Part shown: one piece after another, positions 29,260 through 39,223 of the stretch
Layout: every line of letters begins with the position of its first letter
How positions within the stretch are numbered: the first letter of the stretch is position 1
Source of the DNA: Candidatus Eiseniibacteriota bacterium
Lineage (GTDB): Bacteria; Eisenbacteria; RBG-16-71-46
Length of the DNA: 64,000 bases
NCBI GenBank assembly: GCA_044223005.1
Contig: JBGAML010000007.1
Coordinates: 64,001-128,000, forward strand
Direction: 5' to 3'
Program-made: the position numbers and the translations under genes
The notes under the pieces: model-generated
Told to the model about the DNA's origin: nothing
Databases searched by the model: none
The model's input: the letters and a program-made list of their open reading frames with translations, nothing else

Positions 29260-31560
29260 GTGAACCGTTCCATCGCGCGGTACTTGAAACGGAATCGGCA
29301 CCGGATCGTCGCATCGGTGACCGGGACGTTGCAGCCGGTATTCGGCCATGACCGGGCCGATGCCGAGGCCACGGCATTCGTCGATGGCCTCGCCGCCGCA
29401 TTCGTTCACGCCGACACGCTGGGCGTGCTCGACCGCATGCGCATCCGGTTCTCGGACTGGCAGCGCATGGGCGCGGATTCCGACCGGCTGCTGCGCGTGA
29501 TGCTGGCACTTGTGCGAGCGCCGTCGGACGAGGCCCGGCCGGCCGATCCGCACTGGCTGCACGACGTGCGGCCATTGCTCGACCTGGTGCCTTCGGCGAT
29601 CGTACTCGTGGACGGCGACGACCGCGTGCTCGCGGCCAACCGCGCCTTCTGCGCGCTCGGCCACGACCTCGCCGAGACGCTCGCCGGGCTGCCGCTCGCC
29701 GAGCTGCTCGTGGACGCCGACGCCGACGCGCCCGGCGGGGCTTCGGCGGGCCACGCGCGCGTGGCCCTGCGCACGCTGCCGGCGCGGCCGCTGCTCGTGG
29801 AGCGCGTGCCGCTCTCGCGGGGCGCCAACGCGGGCGCGCTCGTGATGTTCACGCCCGACGTCGGTGCGGCAATCTCCGAGGCGTCGCTCGCGGAACTGCT
29901 CGAGCGCGAGAAGCACCAGAAGGAGCAGTTTGCCGCGCTCCTCACGGTGAGCCACGCGGTGCTGGGGACGCTCGACATCAACACCGTGCTCTCCACGATC
30001 GCCAAGCAGGTCCGGCAGGTGATCCAGACCGACGAGTGCACGGTCTTCCTGTTCGACGAAGCGGAGCAGGTGCTCAAGCCAGTCGTCTGCGACGCGACCT
30101 CGTACGTGGACGAGATGATGGCGATCCGGCTGCGGTTGGGCGAGGGCATCACGGGCACGGTGGCGCTGACCGGGCGCGGCGAGATCGTGAACGATTCCGA
30201 GGCCGATCCGCGCGCGGTCAACGTGCCGGGGACGCCGCCCGAACAGTCGTCGCTGATGTGCGTGCCGCTGCTGGGGCGCGAGCGCGTCGTGGGCGTGCTG
30301 ACACTCACGAACATGGGTTCGCGCGGGTTCCAGAAGGAGGACCTGGACCTCGCCACGCTCTTCGCCGGCCAGTGCAGCGCCGCGATCGAGAACGCCCGCC
30401 TCTACGACCAGACCAAGCGCGCGTACGACGAACTGAGCGCGACCCAGTCGCAGCTCGTGCAGTCGGCCAAGCTGAACGCCCTGGGCGAGATGGCCGGCGG
30501 CGTGGCGCACGACTTCAACAACATCCTCGCCGCGATCCTCGGGCGCACGCAGCTCATGCTGCAGACGGCCGACGAGCCGGAATTTCGCCGCCAGCTGCAG
30601 GTCATCGAGCAGGCGGCGCTGGACGGCGCGCAGACCGTACGGCGCGTGCAGGAGTTCACGCGCGTCCGGCAGGACGAGCACTTCGAGACGCTCGACATCA
30701 ACAAGGTGCTGCTCGACGTGGTCGAGCTCACGCGGCCGGCGTGGGAGAGCGCGCCCAAGCGCCGCGGCATCGGGATCGACGTGCACCTCGAGCTCGCCGC
30801 CACCCGCAGCACCGCGGGCAACGCCTCCGAGCTGCGCGAGGTGTTCACGAACCTGATCCTGAACGCGGTCGACGCCATGCCGCGCGGCGGCCAGCTCACC
30901 GTGTCGACCGAGAACGGCCTCGACTCGATCCACGTGCACGTGCGCGACAGCGGCGTGGGCATGGACGAGGAGACACGCTCCAAGATCTTCGATCCCTTCT
31001 TCACCACGAAGGAGATCCAGGGTAACGGGCTCGGACTGTCGGTGGCCTACGGCATCGTGTCACGCCACCGCGGCACGATCGAGGTGCACAGCGAGCCCGG
31101 CTCCGGGACGCTCTTCACGCTCACGTTCCCGGCCGGCGTCGCCGAGCCGGTGCTCGACTCGCCCGATCCGGACGCGCCGGTGCCGCGCATGCGCGTGCTG
31201 GTGGTCGACGACGAGGAGGCCGTGCTCGAGGTGCTGGGCGACATGCTCATCGCGCTCGACATGGAGGTGACGCGCGCGCTTGGCGGCCCGGCGGGCGTCG
31301 AGGCGATCCGGCAGAAGACGTTCGACGCCGTGTTCACCGACCTCGGCATGCCCGAGGTGAACGGCTGGGACCTCGCGCACGCGGCCAAGGCCGCGCGGCA
31401 GGAAACGGCCGTCGTGCTCGTGACCGGCTGGGGCTTCCAGCTCGAGGAGGACGCCGCCACCGCGCGCGGCGTCGACCTCGTGATGGCGAAGCCGTTCTCG
31501 TGGGACGACGTCGAGGCGGTGATCCGCCACATCGGCCACGCGCCCTCGCGCGCGGCCTGA
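29260..31560 (+). CDS. Cytoplasmic hybrid sensor kinase (degenerate PAS, GAF, HisKA, HATPase, REC)
   Basis: GVAHDFNN H-box, NLILNAVDAM, DSGVGM, FDPFFTTK, GLGL, VLVVDD..TDLGMP..KPF. Confidence 0.92.
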   Translation: MNRSIARYLKRNRHRIVASVTGTLQPVFGHDRADAEATAFVDGLAAAFVHADTLGVLDRMRIRFSDWQRMGADSDRLLRVMLALVRAPSDEARPADPHWLHDVRPLLDLVPSAIVLVDGDDRVLAANRAFCALGHDLAETLAGLPLAELLVDADADAPGGASAGHARVALRTLPARPLLVERVPLSRGANAGALVMFTPDVGAAISEASLAELLEREKHQKEQFAALLTVSHAVLGTLDINTVLSTIAKQVRQVIQTDECTVFLFDEAEQVLKPVVCDATSYVDEMMAIRLRLGEGITGTVALTGRGEIVNDSEADPRAVNVPGTPPEQSSLMCVPLLGRERVVGVLTLTNMGSRGFQKEDLDLATLFAGQCSAAIENARLYDQTKRAYDELSATQSQLVQSAKLNALGEMAGGVAHDFNNILAAILGRTQLMLQTADEPEFRRQLQVIEQAALDGAQTVRRVQEFTRVRQDEHFETLDINKVLLDVVELTRPAWESAPKRRGIGIDVHLELAATRSTAGNASELREVFTNLILNAVDAMPRGGQLTVSTENGLDSIHVHVRDSGVGMDEETRSKIFDPFFTTKEIQGNGLGLSVAYGIVSRHRGTIEVHSEPGSGTLFTLTFPAGVAEPVLDSPDPDAPVPRMRVLVVDDEEAVLEVLGDMLIALDMEVTRALGGPAGVEAIRQKTFDAVFTDLGMPEVNGWDLAHAAKAARQETAVVLVTGWGFQLEEDAATARGVDLVMAKPFSWDDVEAVIRHIGHAPSRAA

Positions 31561-31576
31561 CGCCCGGTCCGAAACG

Positions 31577-31615
31577 ACGCGGCCCCGGTCCGGGAACTCC
31601 GGACCGGGGCCGCGT
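31577..31615. terminator. Bidirectional hairpin between convergent genes
   Basis: 17-bp perfect stem ACGCGGCCCCGGTCCGG-gaact-CCGGACCGGGGCCGCGT. Confidence 0.75.
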
Positions 31616-31633
31616 GCGTTGCGGCGGCGCGCG

Positions 31634-32245
31634 TCAGCGCGCGTGCATCGAAGCGTTGGCGGGCGCGCTCGGGTCGGGCAGGTCCAGCGCTTCGCGCGCG
31701 ACGGCGGCCCACGGGCGGCCGGGCCACGTGCCGTGCGCGAGGTCGCGCACGCGGCCGGCGCGGTCGAGCACGAACCATGCGGCCTGGTCGGCCCCGGAAC
31801 CCTCGTCGACCGCGTTGAACTGCGCCGCGATCACGCCACGCGGGTCGGGCACGATCGAATAGCCGAGTCCCAGCCGGCGCGCGGTCGCGGTACAGGCTCC
31901 GGCCCGCTGGTCGATCACCGCGACGGGCACGACGCCGAGCGCGAGCAGCGCGGCGCGCTCGTTCTCGAGCGCCACCATCTGCGCGTCCTCGGGGGCGATC
32001 ACGAGCAGGACGTGGCCCTGCGCGCGCAGGTCACGCAGGCGCAGCGAGCGGCCCTGCGCATCGAACGAGAAGTCGGGCGCACGCGAGCCGACGTCGACCA
32101 CGGCGTAGTTGGCGCCGGGATCGATCGGGTCGATGACGTTGGTCGTGGGCGCGGGAACGGGCGTCGGCACGCGGGGCGTGCCGGCGAATACGGTCGACGC
32201 GGCGAGCGCGAGGGCCGCCACCGCGAACTTCGTCGGGCGATTCAT
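31634..32245 (-). CDS. Exported redoxin/AhpC-TSA-fold protein lacking catalytic Cys
   Basis: Signal peptide; VGSRAPDFS, IVPDPRGVIA, WFVLDRAGRVR; single non-active-site Cys. Confidence 0.75.
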   Translation of the reverse strand: MNRPTKFAVAALALAASTVFAGTPRVPTPVPAPTTNVIDPIDPGANYAVVDVGSRAPDFSFDAQGRSLRLRDLRAQGHVLLVIAPEDAQMVALENERAALLALGVVPVAVIDQRAGACTATARRLGLGYSIVPDPRGVIAAQFNAVDEGSGADQAAWFVLDRAGRVRDLAHGTWPGRPWAAVAREALDLPDPSAPANASMHAR

Positions 32246-32391
32246 GCACGGACTCCGGAGGGGGTTGGGCGACATCGGGAAGAACCACCGCAGAGGAGGG
32301 ATCGGCGGTTCCGGAGCCCCGGTTGAATCGGTGCACGCTGCGAGAGTTCAAGCCCGGGCGCGGCAATCAATCCCGGCCGGGCGTTGCATTC

Positions 32392-32973
32392 TTAGAGGCC
32401 CTCCACGGCCATTTGCACGAGCCCCGGAACCGACGGCGGGCCGACCTTCTGCCCGAGCAGCGCGAGCTTCACGATGCCGTGCGGGTCGATCAGGAAGAGC
32501 CCGGGCCTCGTCGTGCGACGCGGCGCGTCCCACAGGCCGTAGATCGCCGAAATCTCGCCGGTCTCGTCGGCGAGTGGCACCAGGTGGGGCGTCACCTCGG
32601 GCTTCCACGCGGCGATCGCCTGCACCTTCTCGCCGCTCACGACGTACGTGCGCACCTGCAGCGAATCGAGCGTATGCGCGAGCGCATCGATGCGGTCGAA
32701 GTCCCCGCGGCCGTCGGTGAAGAAGAGCGCCACCCACGTGCCGCGCGACTGCTTGAGGCGGAAGCGCGAGCCGTCGGCGCGCAGCAGGTCGAAGTCCGGC
32801 GCGCGCTCGCCGACGCGGACCTGCATGGTGAGCTTCGGCAGCGCGCCCGAGCCGCTCAGGCTCGGGACCGTCGGATCGATGGGGCGTCCGCCGGTGTTGG
32901 TGCGGGGATCCGTCTGTGCCGTCGCAGTGGCGGCGACGAGCGCGAGTGCCACGACCATCACGAACCGCAGCAT
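32392..32973 (-). CDS. Exported redoxin/AhpC-TSA-fold protein with no Cys
   Basis: Signal peptide; VGERAPDFDL, LADETGEISAIYG, PGLFLIDPHGIV; GGAGGT SD. Confidence 0.8.
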   Translation of the reverse strand: MLRFVMVVALALVAATATAQTDPRTNTGGRPIDPTVPSLSGSGALPKLTMQVRVGERAPDFDLLRADGSRFRLKQSRGTWVALFFTDGRGDFDRIDALAHTLDSLQVRTYVVSGEKVQAIAAWKPEVTPHLVPLADETGEISAIYGLWDAPRRTTRPGLFLIDPHGIVKLALLGQKVGPPSVPGLVQMAVEGL

Positions 32974-33041
32974 GGCGCACCTCCAACGCGCCGCGGCGGC
33001 GAGAGCCTCGCCGCGGGCATGGGAAGCGCCGCCCCGGCGCG

Positions 33042-34058
33042 TCAGCGGGCGATGCGCCCCCGGAGATCCGGAGTGCGATCGATTGCGTCGCGCAGCGCCG
33101 CGAGGTTGGCCTCGGGCGTCGCCGGCGGGATCGAGCACCCCGGCGCGACCAGCCAGCGTCGCGCGCCCGTCTCCTCGAGCGCGCGGCGATATTGCGTCAG
33201 CGCCGCCTCGGGCGAACGCTCCTGCAGTGCGCCGTCGTGGGCGATGCCACCCATCACGGCGCCGGGCAGGCGCGCGAGCGCCTCGGCGAGCGAGGGATTC
33301 CCGGGCGCGGTCGCGTCCCACGAGAACGCGCCCACGGGATAATCGGCGAACTCGAACAGCAGGTTGTCGCCCTTGCAGACGTGCAGCGTGTGGAAGGGCG
33401 ACGCACCCGCGGCGGCGAGCACGCGCAGGTCGTAGGGCCGCGACCAGCGGCGGAGGTCGTCGGGCGTGACGAACGCTCGGCAGCCCCAGTCGACGGTGGC
33501 GAGGAACAGCCCGTCGGCGCCCGTCTTCACGTACTCGGCGGCGAGCCGCTCGAACACGCGCGTCACGCGCTCGAGTGCACCCGCGACCTTTTCGGGTGCG
33601 CTCGTGAGGTGATCGCGCAGCACGGTGGGCGGTTCGGTCAGCTCGCCGAGGATCGCGAGCGGCGTGAAGATCGTGGCGAGGATCGGCACCTCGCGCGGCA
33701 GCTTCTCGCGCAGCATGCGCAGCGCTTCGATCTGTTCACCGAGCGCGCCCTGGTCGTGCGGCACCTCGCCGATCGCGTCCCAGTCGGCCGCGGTGCGCAC
33801 CGGGTACGACTCGAGTGTCGGCTTGGCGTCGGGCACGCCGGAGTAGTGGTAGCGCACGCCCCACGGTTCGACGTGGTAGTGCTTCCGCGGGTTGAGCTTG
33901 ATCCAGTCCCACTGTCCGCGCTGCCAGCGTTCGAGCGTGTGCTCGACGAGCGCCTGGGCGGAGGACTCCCGATGGTAGACGTGTCCCCAGAACGACACGG
34001 GGGGACGATCCACCGCGTCGCCGCGCAGGGCGGCGAGTACCCGGTCACGCGAGGTCAT
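33042..34058 (-). CDS. Uroporphyrinogen decarboxylase / MtaA-CmuA superfamily protein
   Basis: MTSRDRVLAALRG..DRPPV, LHVC, LVAPGCSIP..TPEANL. Confidence 0.8.
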   Translation of the reverse strand: MTSRDRVLAALRGDAVDRPPVSFWGHVYHRESSAQALVEHTLERWQRGQWDWIKLNPRKHYHVEPWGVRYHYSGVPDAKPTLESYPVRTAADWDAIGEVPHDQGALGEQIEALRMLREKLPREVPILATIFTPLAILGELTEPPTVLRDHLTSAPEKVAGALERVTRVFERLAAEYVKTGADGLFLATVDWGCRAFVTPDDLRRWSRPYDLRVLAAAGASPFHTLHVCKGDNLLFEFADYPVGAFSWDATAPGNPSLAEALARLPGAVMGGIAHDGALQERSPEAALTQYRRALEETGARRWLVAPGCSIPPATPEANLAALRDAIDRTPDLRGRIAR

Positions 34059-34142
34059 GAGTCGAAATTAGACCTCCCGGCGCGGGGCCACAAGCGCCGC
34101 GCGCGCTTGTCGGGGGCGCCGCGCCGCGCGTACCGTCCCGCC

Positions 34143-34679
34143 ATGCGATTCGCACGTTCATCGCTGCTCGCGCTCGCGCTTCTCGCGGGTTGCACGCGCC
34201 GAAGCGAGCCGCCGGCGGCGGCCCCGGCACGATCGATGCCCGTGACGGTGCTCGCCGACTCGGCGCCCGGTGTGGCGCTGCCGCCCGCGCACGTGAGCGC
34301 GCCGGCGGCGACGTGGGAGCTGCTCGCGATCTCGCCGCAGCGCGCGAGCGCGCCGCCGCCGGTGGAGGCGAGGCCGGGCGAGCCGCCCGCGCCGCGCGGC
34401 GAGCCGGAGGCGCTGCCGGTCGACGACCGGCTGCACCCGCCGGTGCCGCGCGAGCCCGCGGTGCTGCACGTGGGCGCGGCGCGCGGCGCGGTGGAGCTCG
34501 ACGTGCGCGTGGACGAGGCCGGGCGCGTCACCGCCGCCGAGTGGGCGGGCGGCGCGCGCGACACATCGCTCGTACGCGCCGCGATCGCCTCGGCGCTCGG
34601 CATGCGCTTCTACCCGGCGCACCGCGCGGGCCGCCCGGTCGCGGTGTGGTGCCGGCAGCGTTTCGACGTCGCGCGCTGA
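34143..34679 (+). CDS. Lipoprotein with Pro-rich linker and TonB C-terminal-like domain
   Basis: LLAGC lipobox; GAVELDVRVDEAGRV..FYPAHRAGRPVAVW. Confidence 0.7.
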   Translation: MRFARSSLLALALLAGCTRRSEPPAAAPARSMPVTVLADSAPGVALPPAHVSAPAATWELLAISPQRASAPPPVEARPGEPPAPRGEPEALPVDDRLHPPVPREPAVLHVGAARGAVELDVRVDEAGRVTAAEWAGGARDTSLVRAAIASALGMRFYPAHRAGRPVAVWCRQRFDVAR

Positions 34680-34688
34680 GCGCGCGCG

Positions 34689-35603
34689 TCAGCGCGACCG
34701 GGGCAGCGCCCAGATGCGGCGCGTGCGCGCGACCGCGAAGCCTTCGGAGCGATAGAGCTGGAGCGCGCCTTCGTTCTCGCCGTCGACGAGCAGCGTCACG
34801 GGCAACGGTGTCGCGCGCTCGAGCCAGCCGACGCCCCAGCGCAGCAGCGCGCGCCCGAGGCCGATGCCTCGCGCGTCGTGCGCGACGCCCAGCGTGCCGA
34901 TCTCGCCGCGGGTCGCGTGCAGCTCGTTGCGGCAGAAGCCCACGCAGCGGCCGCCCCGGTAGGCGAGCACGAGACCGTCGGCACGGAACGTGGGATCGGT
35001 GACGAGTTGCCGCGTGATCGCGACGTCCGCGCGCACCCAGCGATAGTGCCGGGCGAAGGAGTCGTTGTAGACGTCGGTCCACTCGTTGAGCAGGGTCTCG
35101 GAGCCGTCGAACGTGCGCGTGGTGACGCCGGCGGGCCACGTGGGTTCGGACACCGCGCCGCGCGGGCGCTCCATCATCCAGAACCAGCGCTCGTGCTCGC
35201 CCCCCAGTTTCGCGGCGAGCCGCTCGGCGGCCTCGCTCGGCATCCACGCGCTGCCGGCCAGCTCGAGCGGGCCGCTCGCCGTGCGATCGAGGTGCGCGAT
35301 CACCTCGCGCGCGAGTGCGGCGCCGAGCCCGCGGCGGCGGTACGGCTCGCGGACGGCGACGCGCAGCATGGCCCAGTGGCCCGTGCCCGCGGGCAGCTTC
35401 CACGCGAGTCCGAAGCCCGCGGGCTCGCCGTCCACGAACGCGAGCCGGAGGGCGTCCCGATCGAGCCGCGGGTCGGCGAGCTTGTGTTCGAGCCCGTGCT
35501 CACCCTGGAACTTGTCGAACTGCGGCGCGATCGACGCGTCGGCGGTCAGGGCGCGCAGGATCGGGGCGTCCGTGGGCGCGTAGGGGCGGAGGTCGTGGGG
35601 CAT
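34689..35603 (-). CDS. Tandem GNAT acetyltransferase
   Basis: VREPYRRRGLG and GVAHDARGIGLGRALL acetyl-CoA motifs; NEGALQLYRSEGF. Confidence 0.85.
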   Translation of the reverse strand: MPHDLRPYAPTDAPILRALTADASIAPQFDKFQGEHGLEHKLADPRLDRDALRLAFVDGEPAGFGLAWKLPAGTGHWAMLRVAVREPYRRRGLGAALAREVIAHLDRTASGPLELAGSAWMPSEAAERLAAKLGGEHERWFWMMERPRGAVSEPTWPAGVTTRTFDGSETLLNEWTDVYNDSFARHYRWVRADVAITRQLVTDPTFRADGLVLAYRGGRCVGFCRNELHATRGEIGTLGVAHDARGIGLGRALLRWGVGWLERATPLPVTLLVDGENEGALQLYRSEGFAVARTRRIWALPRSR

Positions 35604-35684
35604 GGCCGCCACGCTACCGCAGCGCGCGCCGCGGGGCACGCCCGGCGTTGACGCCCGGAGCGCTCGCCCCGTAGCCTGCGCCGC

Positions 35685-36686
35685 ATGGCCGATCCATCGT
35701 TTTCGCTGGAAGCGCTGCTCGCCCGCATGGAGCAGTTCGCCGGGCGCCGGGTGCTGGTCCTGGGCGACGTGATGCTCGACCACTATCTCTGGGGGCGCTG
35801 TGAGCGCATCTCGCCCGAGGCCCCGGTGCCGGTCGTCGACGTTCAGCGCGAGACCACCTCGCTCGGTGGCGCGGGCAACGTGGCCGCGAACCTCGCCGCG
35901 CTGGGCGCCGAGCCGGGCCTGGTGGGCGTGATGGGCGACGATCCGCACGCGCAGAAGATGCTCGACGCCTTCGCCGAACGCGGCGTGGACACGCGCGCGC
36001 TGGTGCGCGACGCGGGCCGGCCGACCACGTTCAAGACGCGTATCCTCGCGCAGAACCAGCAGGTCGTGCGCGCCGACTGGGAGTCGCGCGCGCCGATCGA
36101 CGGCGCGGTGCGCGATGCCGTGCTCGCCATGGTCGAGCGCGAACTGGCCCGCAGCCAGGCGCTGGTGATCAGCGACTACGGCAAGGGCGTCGTGACCGGC
36201 GAGGTGCTCGAGCGCGTGATGGCGCTCGCCCGCGCGCGCAAGATCCCGGTCGCCGTCGATCCCAAGGAGAGCCACATCGACTCGTACCGTGGCGCCAGCA
36301 TCCTGACGCCCAACCAGCACGAGGCCGGCTACGTGATGGGCCGCCGTGTCGTGGACGAGGCGAGCCTGATGGAAGTGGGCTGGGGCCTGCAGGGCAGGCT
36401 CGACGCCGAGTGCGTACTGGTGACGCGCGGCGCCGACGGCATGAGCCTGTTCGAGAAGGGCGGCCGCTACACGCACCTGCCGACCGTCGCGCGCGAGGTC
36501 TACGACGTGACGGGCGCCGGCGACACGGTGGTTTCCGTGGTCGCGCTCGCGCTCGCCGCGGGCGCCGAGTACCCGGAGGCCTGCTTCCTCGCCAACCACG
36601 CCGCGGGCGTGGTGATCCGCGAAGTGGGCACGGCGAGCTGTTCGCCCGCCCAGCTCAAGGCGTCGCTTTGGGAAGCCCTGACGTGA
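35685..36686 (+). CDS. rfaE1: D-glycero-beta-D-manno-heptose-7-phosphate kinase
   Basis: GDVMLDHY, RISPEAPVPVV, SDYGKG, YDVTGAGDT. Confidence 0.93.
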   Translation: MADPSFSLEALLARMEQFAGRRVLVLGDVMLDHYLWGRCERISPEAPVPVVDVQRETTSLGGAGNVAANLAALGAEPGLVGVMGDDPHAQKMLDAFAERGVDTRALVRDAGRPTTFKTRILAQNQQVVRADWESRAPIDGAVRDAVLAMVERELARSQALVISDYGKGVVTGEVLERVMALARARKIPVAVDPKESHIDSYRGASILTPNQHEAGYVMGRRVVDEASLMEVGWGLQGRLDAECVLVTRGADGMSLFEKGGRYTHLPTVAREVYDVTGAGDTVVSVVALALAAGAEYPEACFLANHAAGVVIREVGTASCSPAQLKASLWEALT

Positions 36687-37180
36687 GCGGCGGGCCGCTC
36701 GAGCTGCCGGCCGAGGTGCGCGCGCGGCTCGATCTCTGGCGCGCCGCGGGCGACACGTTCGTGTTCACGAACGGCGTCTACGACATCCTGCACCGCGGGC
36801 ACGTGGAGTACCTGGAAGAAGCGCGGGCGCTGGGCGACCGGCTGATCGTCGGGGTCAACAGCGACGCGAGCGTGCACCGGTTGAAGGGGCCCGAACGCCC
36901 GATCCTGACCCAGCGCGACCGCGCCGCGCTCGTCGCGGCGCTCGCGTGCGTCGACATGGTGATCGTGTTCGACGACGACACGCCCCTGCGGCTGATCGAG
37001 GCCGTGCAGCCGGACGTGCTGGTCAAGGGCGCGGACTGGGCCGCCGACGCGATCGTCGGTCGCGAGGTGGTGGAAGCCCGCGGCGGCCGCATCGAGCGCA
37101 TCACGCTGCGCGAGGGCCTGAGCACGAGCACGATCGTGCAGCGGATCCGCGACGGGAAGTCGGCGCTCGATCCCTGGTGA
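36683..37180 (+). CDS. rfaE2: D-glycero-beta-D-manno-heptose-1-phosphate adenylyltransferase
   Basis: FTNGVYDILHRGH, NSDASV..LKG..RP, LVKGADW; GTGA overlap. Confidence 0.93.
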   Translation: MSGGPLELPAEVRARLDLWRAAGDTFVFTNGVYDILHRGHVEYLEEARALGDRLIVGVNSDASVHRLKGPERPILTQRDRAALVAALACVDMVIVFDDDTPLRLIEAVQPDVLVKGADWAADAIVGREVVEARGGRIERITLREGLSTSTIVQRIRDGKSALDPW

Positions 37181-37581
37181 GTCCGGCGCGATTCCGTCCG
37201 TGACTGCGGAGCCGTTCGCGGGTTCCCCCACGAGAGCGTGCCGCGCCGCCGCCCCGGCGCTCGTTTCGGAGCGGCGGGACGGGGCCGTGCGAGACCCGAT
37301 GAAACCGCTTGCGAACGCTTCCCGGGGGCCACTTGCCGCCGGGCTCTCGCGGGAGCATGATTCGCGAGTCTCGCCAGCGTGGATTTCATGACCGGTCACC
37401 GACCGGTTTTGCGCAATTGAGATCAAGGGGCCTCGTGCCCCGCACGTGTCCGGCCGCCGGCCGCGATCGTGGCTGCCTTCGGGGGAAGCGCCATGATTCG
37501 TGTGTCGGCGGTCGGCATTCGTTCTCTGAGAGCGCTCGGAGGGACGTTCACCCCGTGGCGCTCGCCGGGCGAGCGCGGGCG

Positions 37582-38586
37582 TCAGGCCCGCGCGGTGCGC
37601 CGCACGTCGCTCGGGGCACCGCCGGCGAACTCGCGCCAGGCGCGACGCAGCTGGCGCGACGAGCCGAAGCCGGAGCGTTCCGCAACCCGCTCGAGGTCGA
37701 GCCGCGTCTGCGTCAGCAGCTCGCGCGCGAGCGCGATGCGCAGCCGCGTGCGGTAGTCCATGACGCTCATGCCGGCCTGCTCGCGAAACAGCCGCGCGAG
37801 ATGGCGCGGGCTGGTGGCGGCGATGCGCGCGAGCGACGTCGCGTTCCAGGGCCTGGACGGGTCGGCGGCGATCGCGTCCTGCACTCGGTGCACGGCGGGG
37901 TGCAGGTGGTTGCGGCCCTCGAGCCAGGGCGAGAGCTGCGGGTCGCTGCCACCGCGGCGCAGGTAGAGCACCAGCGAGCGGGCGACGGCCATCTCGGTCA
38001 CCGAGTCGGTGTACCGCCCGACCAGGTGCAGCATGAGGTCGATGCCGGCCGTGTCGCCGGCGCTCGTGAAGCGGCTGCCGTCCTCGACGAACAGGCGATT
38101 TTCCAGGACGCGCGCGCCGGGCGCGAGCCGTGCGAGTTCGGCGCAGTCGCTGTGGAACGTGGTGCAGGCGTAGCCGTCGAGCAGGCCGGCGCGGGCCGCG
38201 AGCAGCGAGCCCGAGCACATGCAGACGACCGTGTTGCCCGGGCCGACATGGGTGCGGAGCCAGTCCACGGTGCGCGCGTCGTGGGCGGCGTCGGCGCGCG
38301 GATCGGACGGCCGGTCGCCGAGGATCGTCCGGCGCGTGTTGCCGCAGAGCAGCACCATCGCGTCGGCCGGGATCGTGTCGGGGAGCGGCTCGAGGTTCGC
38401 GACGGCCAGCCCGATCGAGCTCTGCACGCTGGGCGAGGCCCCGACGTAGCGGACCTCGAAAACCACTTCTTCCTGGAGGATGTTCGCGGTTCGCAGCACC
38501 TCGATCGGCCCGGCGATGTCGAACATCACCGGCCGCGCGGGAACGACCACGACGACGGGAATGCGGCGAGCGGGCTTGCGGACCAT
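37582..38586 (-). CDS. GlxA-family AraC regulator (DJ-1/PfpI plus HTH)
   Basis: CSGSLLAARAGLLDG, TSAG..AGID, RRGGSDPQLS, SPRHLARLF, SGFGS. Confidence 0.9.
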   Translation of the reverse strand: MVRKPARRIPVVVVVPARPVMFDIAGPIEVLRTANILQEEVVFEVRYVGASPSVQSSIGLAVANLEPLPDTIPADAMVLLCGNTRRTILGDRPSDPRADAAHDARTVDWLRTHVGPGNTVVCMCSGSLLAARAGLLDGYACTTFHSDCAELARLAPGARVLENRLFVEDGSRFTSAGDTAGIDLMLHLVGRYTDSVTEMAVARSLVLYLRRGGSDPQLSPWLEGRNHLHPAVHRVQDAIAADPSRPWNATSLARIAATSPRHLARLFREQAGMSVMDYRTRLRIALARELLTQTRLDLERVAERSGFGSSRQLRRAWREFAGGAPSDVRRTARA

Positions 38587-38758
38587 GTTCCCTCGAACGG
38601 ACACGGTGGGCGAGGTGGACGGGGGCGGCACGACCGGACATTCGATGCGGCGGGGCCGTGCAGCGATCGGCCACAATTGGGACATTTCCGGACACGGCCC
38701 TGCGAGGGGCGGAACGGGGCGGCGGACCCGGTGGGGGCCGGGTCCGCCGAAACGCGTT

Positions 38759-39223
38759 TCAGTGCGTGGTGCCCGGCTTGAACTTGCTCCAGGCCGGATC
38801 GCCGCTGGCGGAGCGGAACTTGAGCGACTTGCCGTCCTTCGTGACGACCGAGGCCAGGACGACGTGATCGTCGCCGCGCGTGACGAGCGCACCGGTCACC
38901 GTGACGGCGTCGCCGACCGCGAGCTGCAGCGGCTGCGCATCGACGAAGACGGCGGGACCGAGCTCGACCCAGACCTTTTCGCGGCCCGCGTCGACGTAGG
39001 CGTGCACCCCTTCGGCCATGCCGGCCTGCGGGACGAAACGCGCGATTTCGAGCACGTGGCCGGGCACGACGACTTCGCGGGCCGGATCGTAGAGACGATG
39101 GTACGCCTCGCCGCGGTTCCAGCCCGCCAGGGCGGCCACGGACTCCGCGGCGCGCGCCGGAGCGCCCGCGAGCGCGACGGTGGAGACCAGCGCCAGGGCG
39201 GAGAGAATGCGACGGAACGACAT
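38759..39223 (-). CDS. Small secreted OB-fold-like protein
   Basis: Signal peptide; YDPAREVVVPG..VELGP..GDAVTVTG; GAGGAGG SD. Confidence 0.75.
   Translation of the reverse strand: MSFRRILSALALVSTVALAGAPARAAESVAALAGWNRGEAYHRLYDPAREVVVPGHVLEIARFVPQAGMAEGVHAYVDAGREKVWVELGPAVFVDAQPLQLAVGDAVTVTGALVTRGDDHVVLASVVTKDGKSLKFRSASGDPAWSKFKPGTTH

Noticed and set aside
33042..34058. Naming this gene hemE
   Set aside because: Lacks the RQAGR motif of true HemE; superfamily call only
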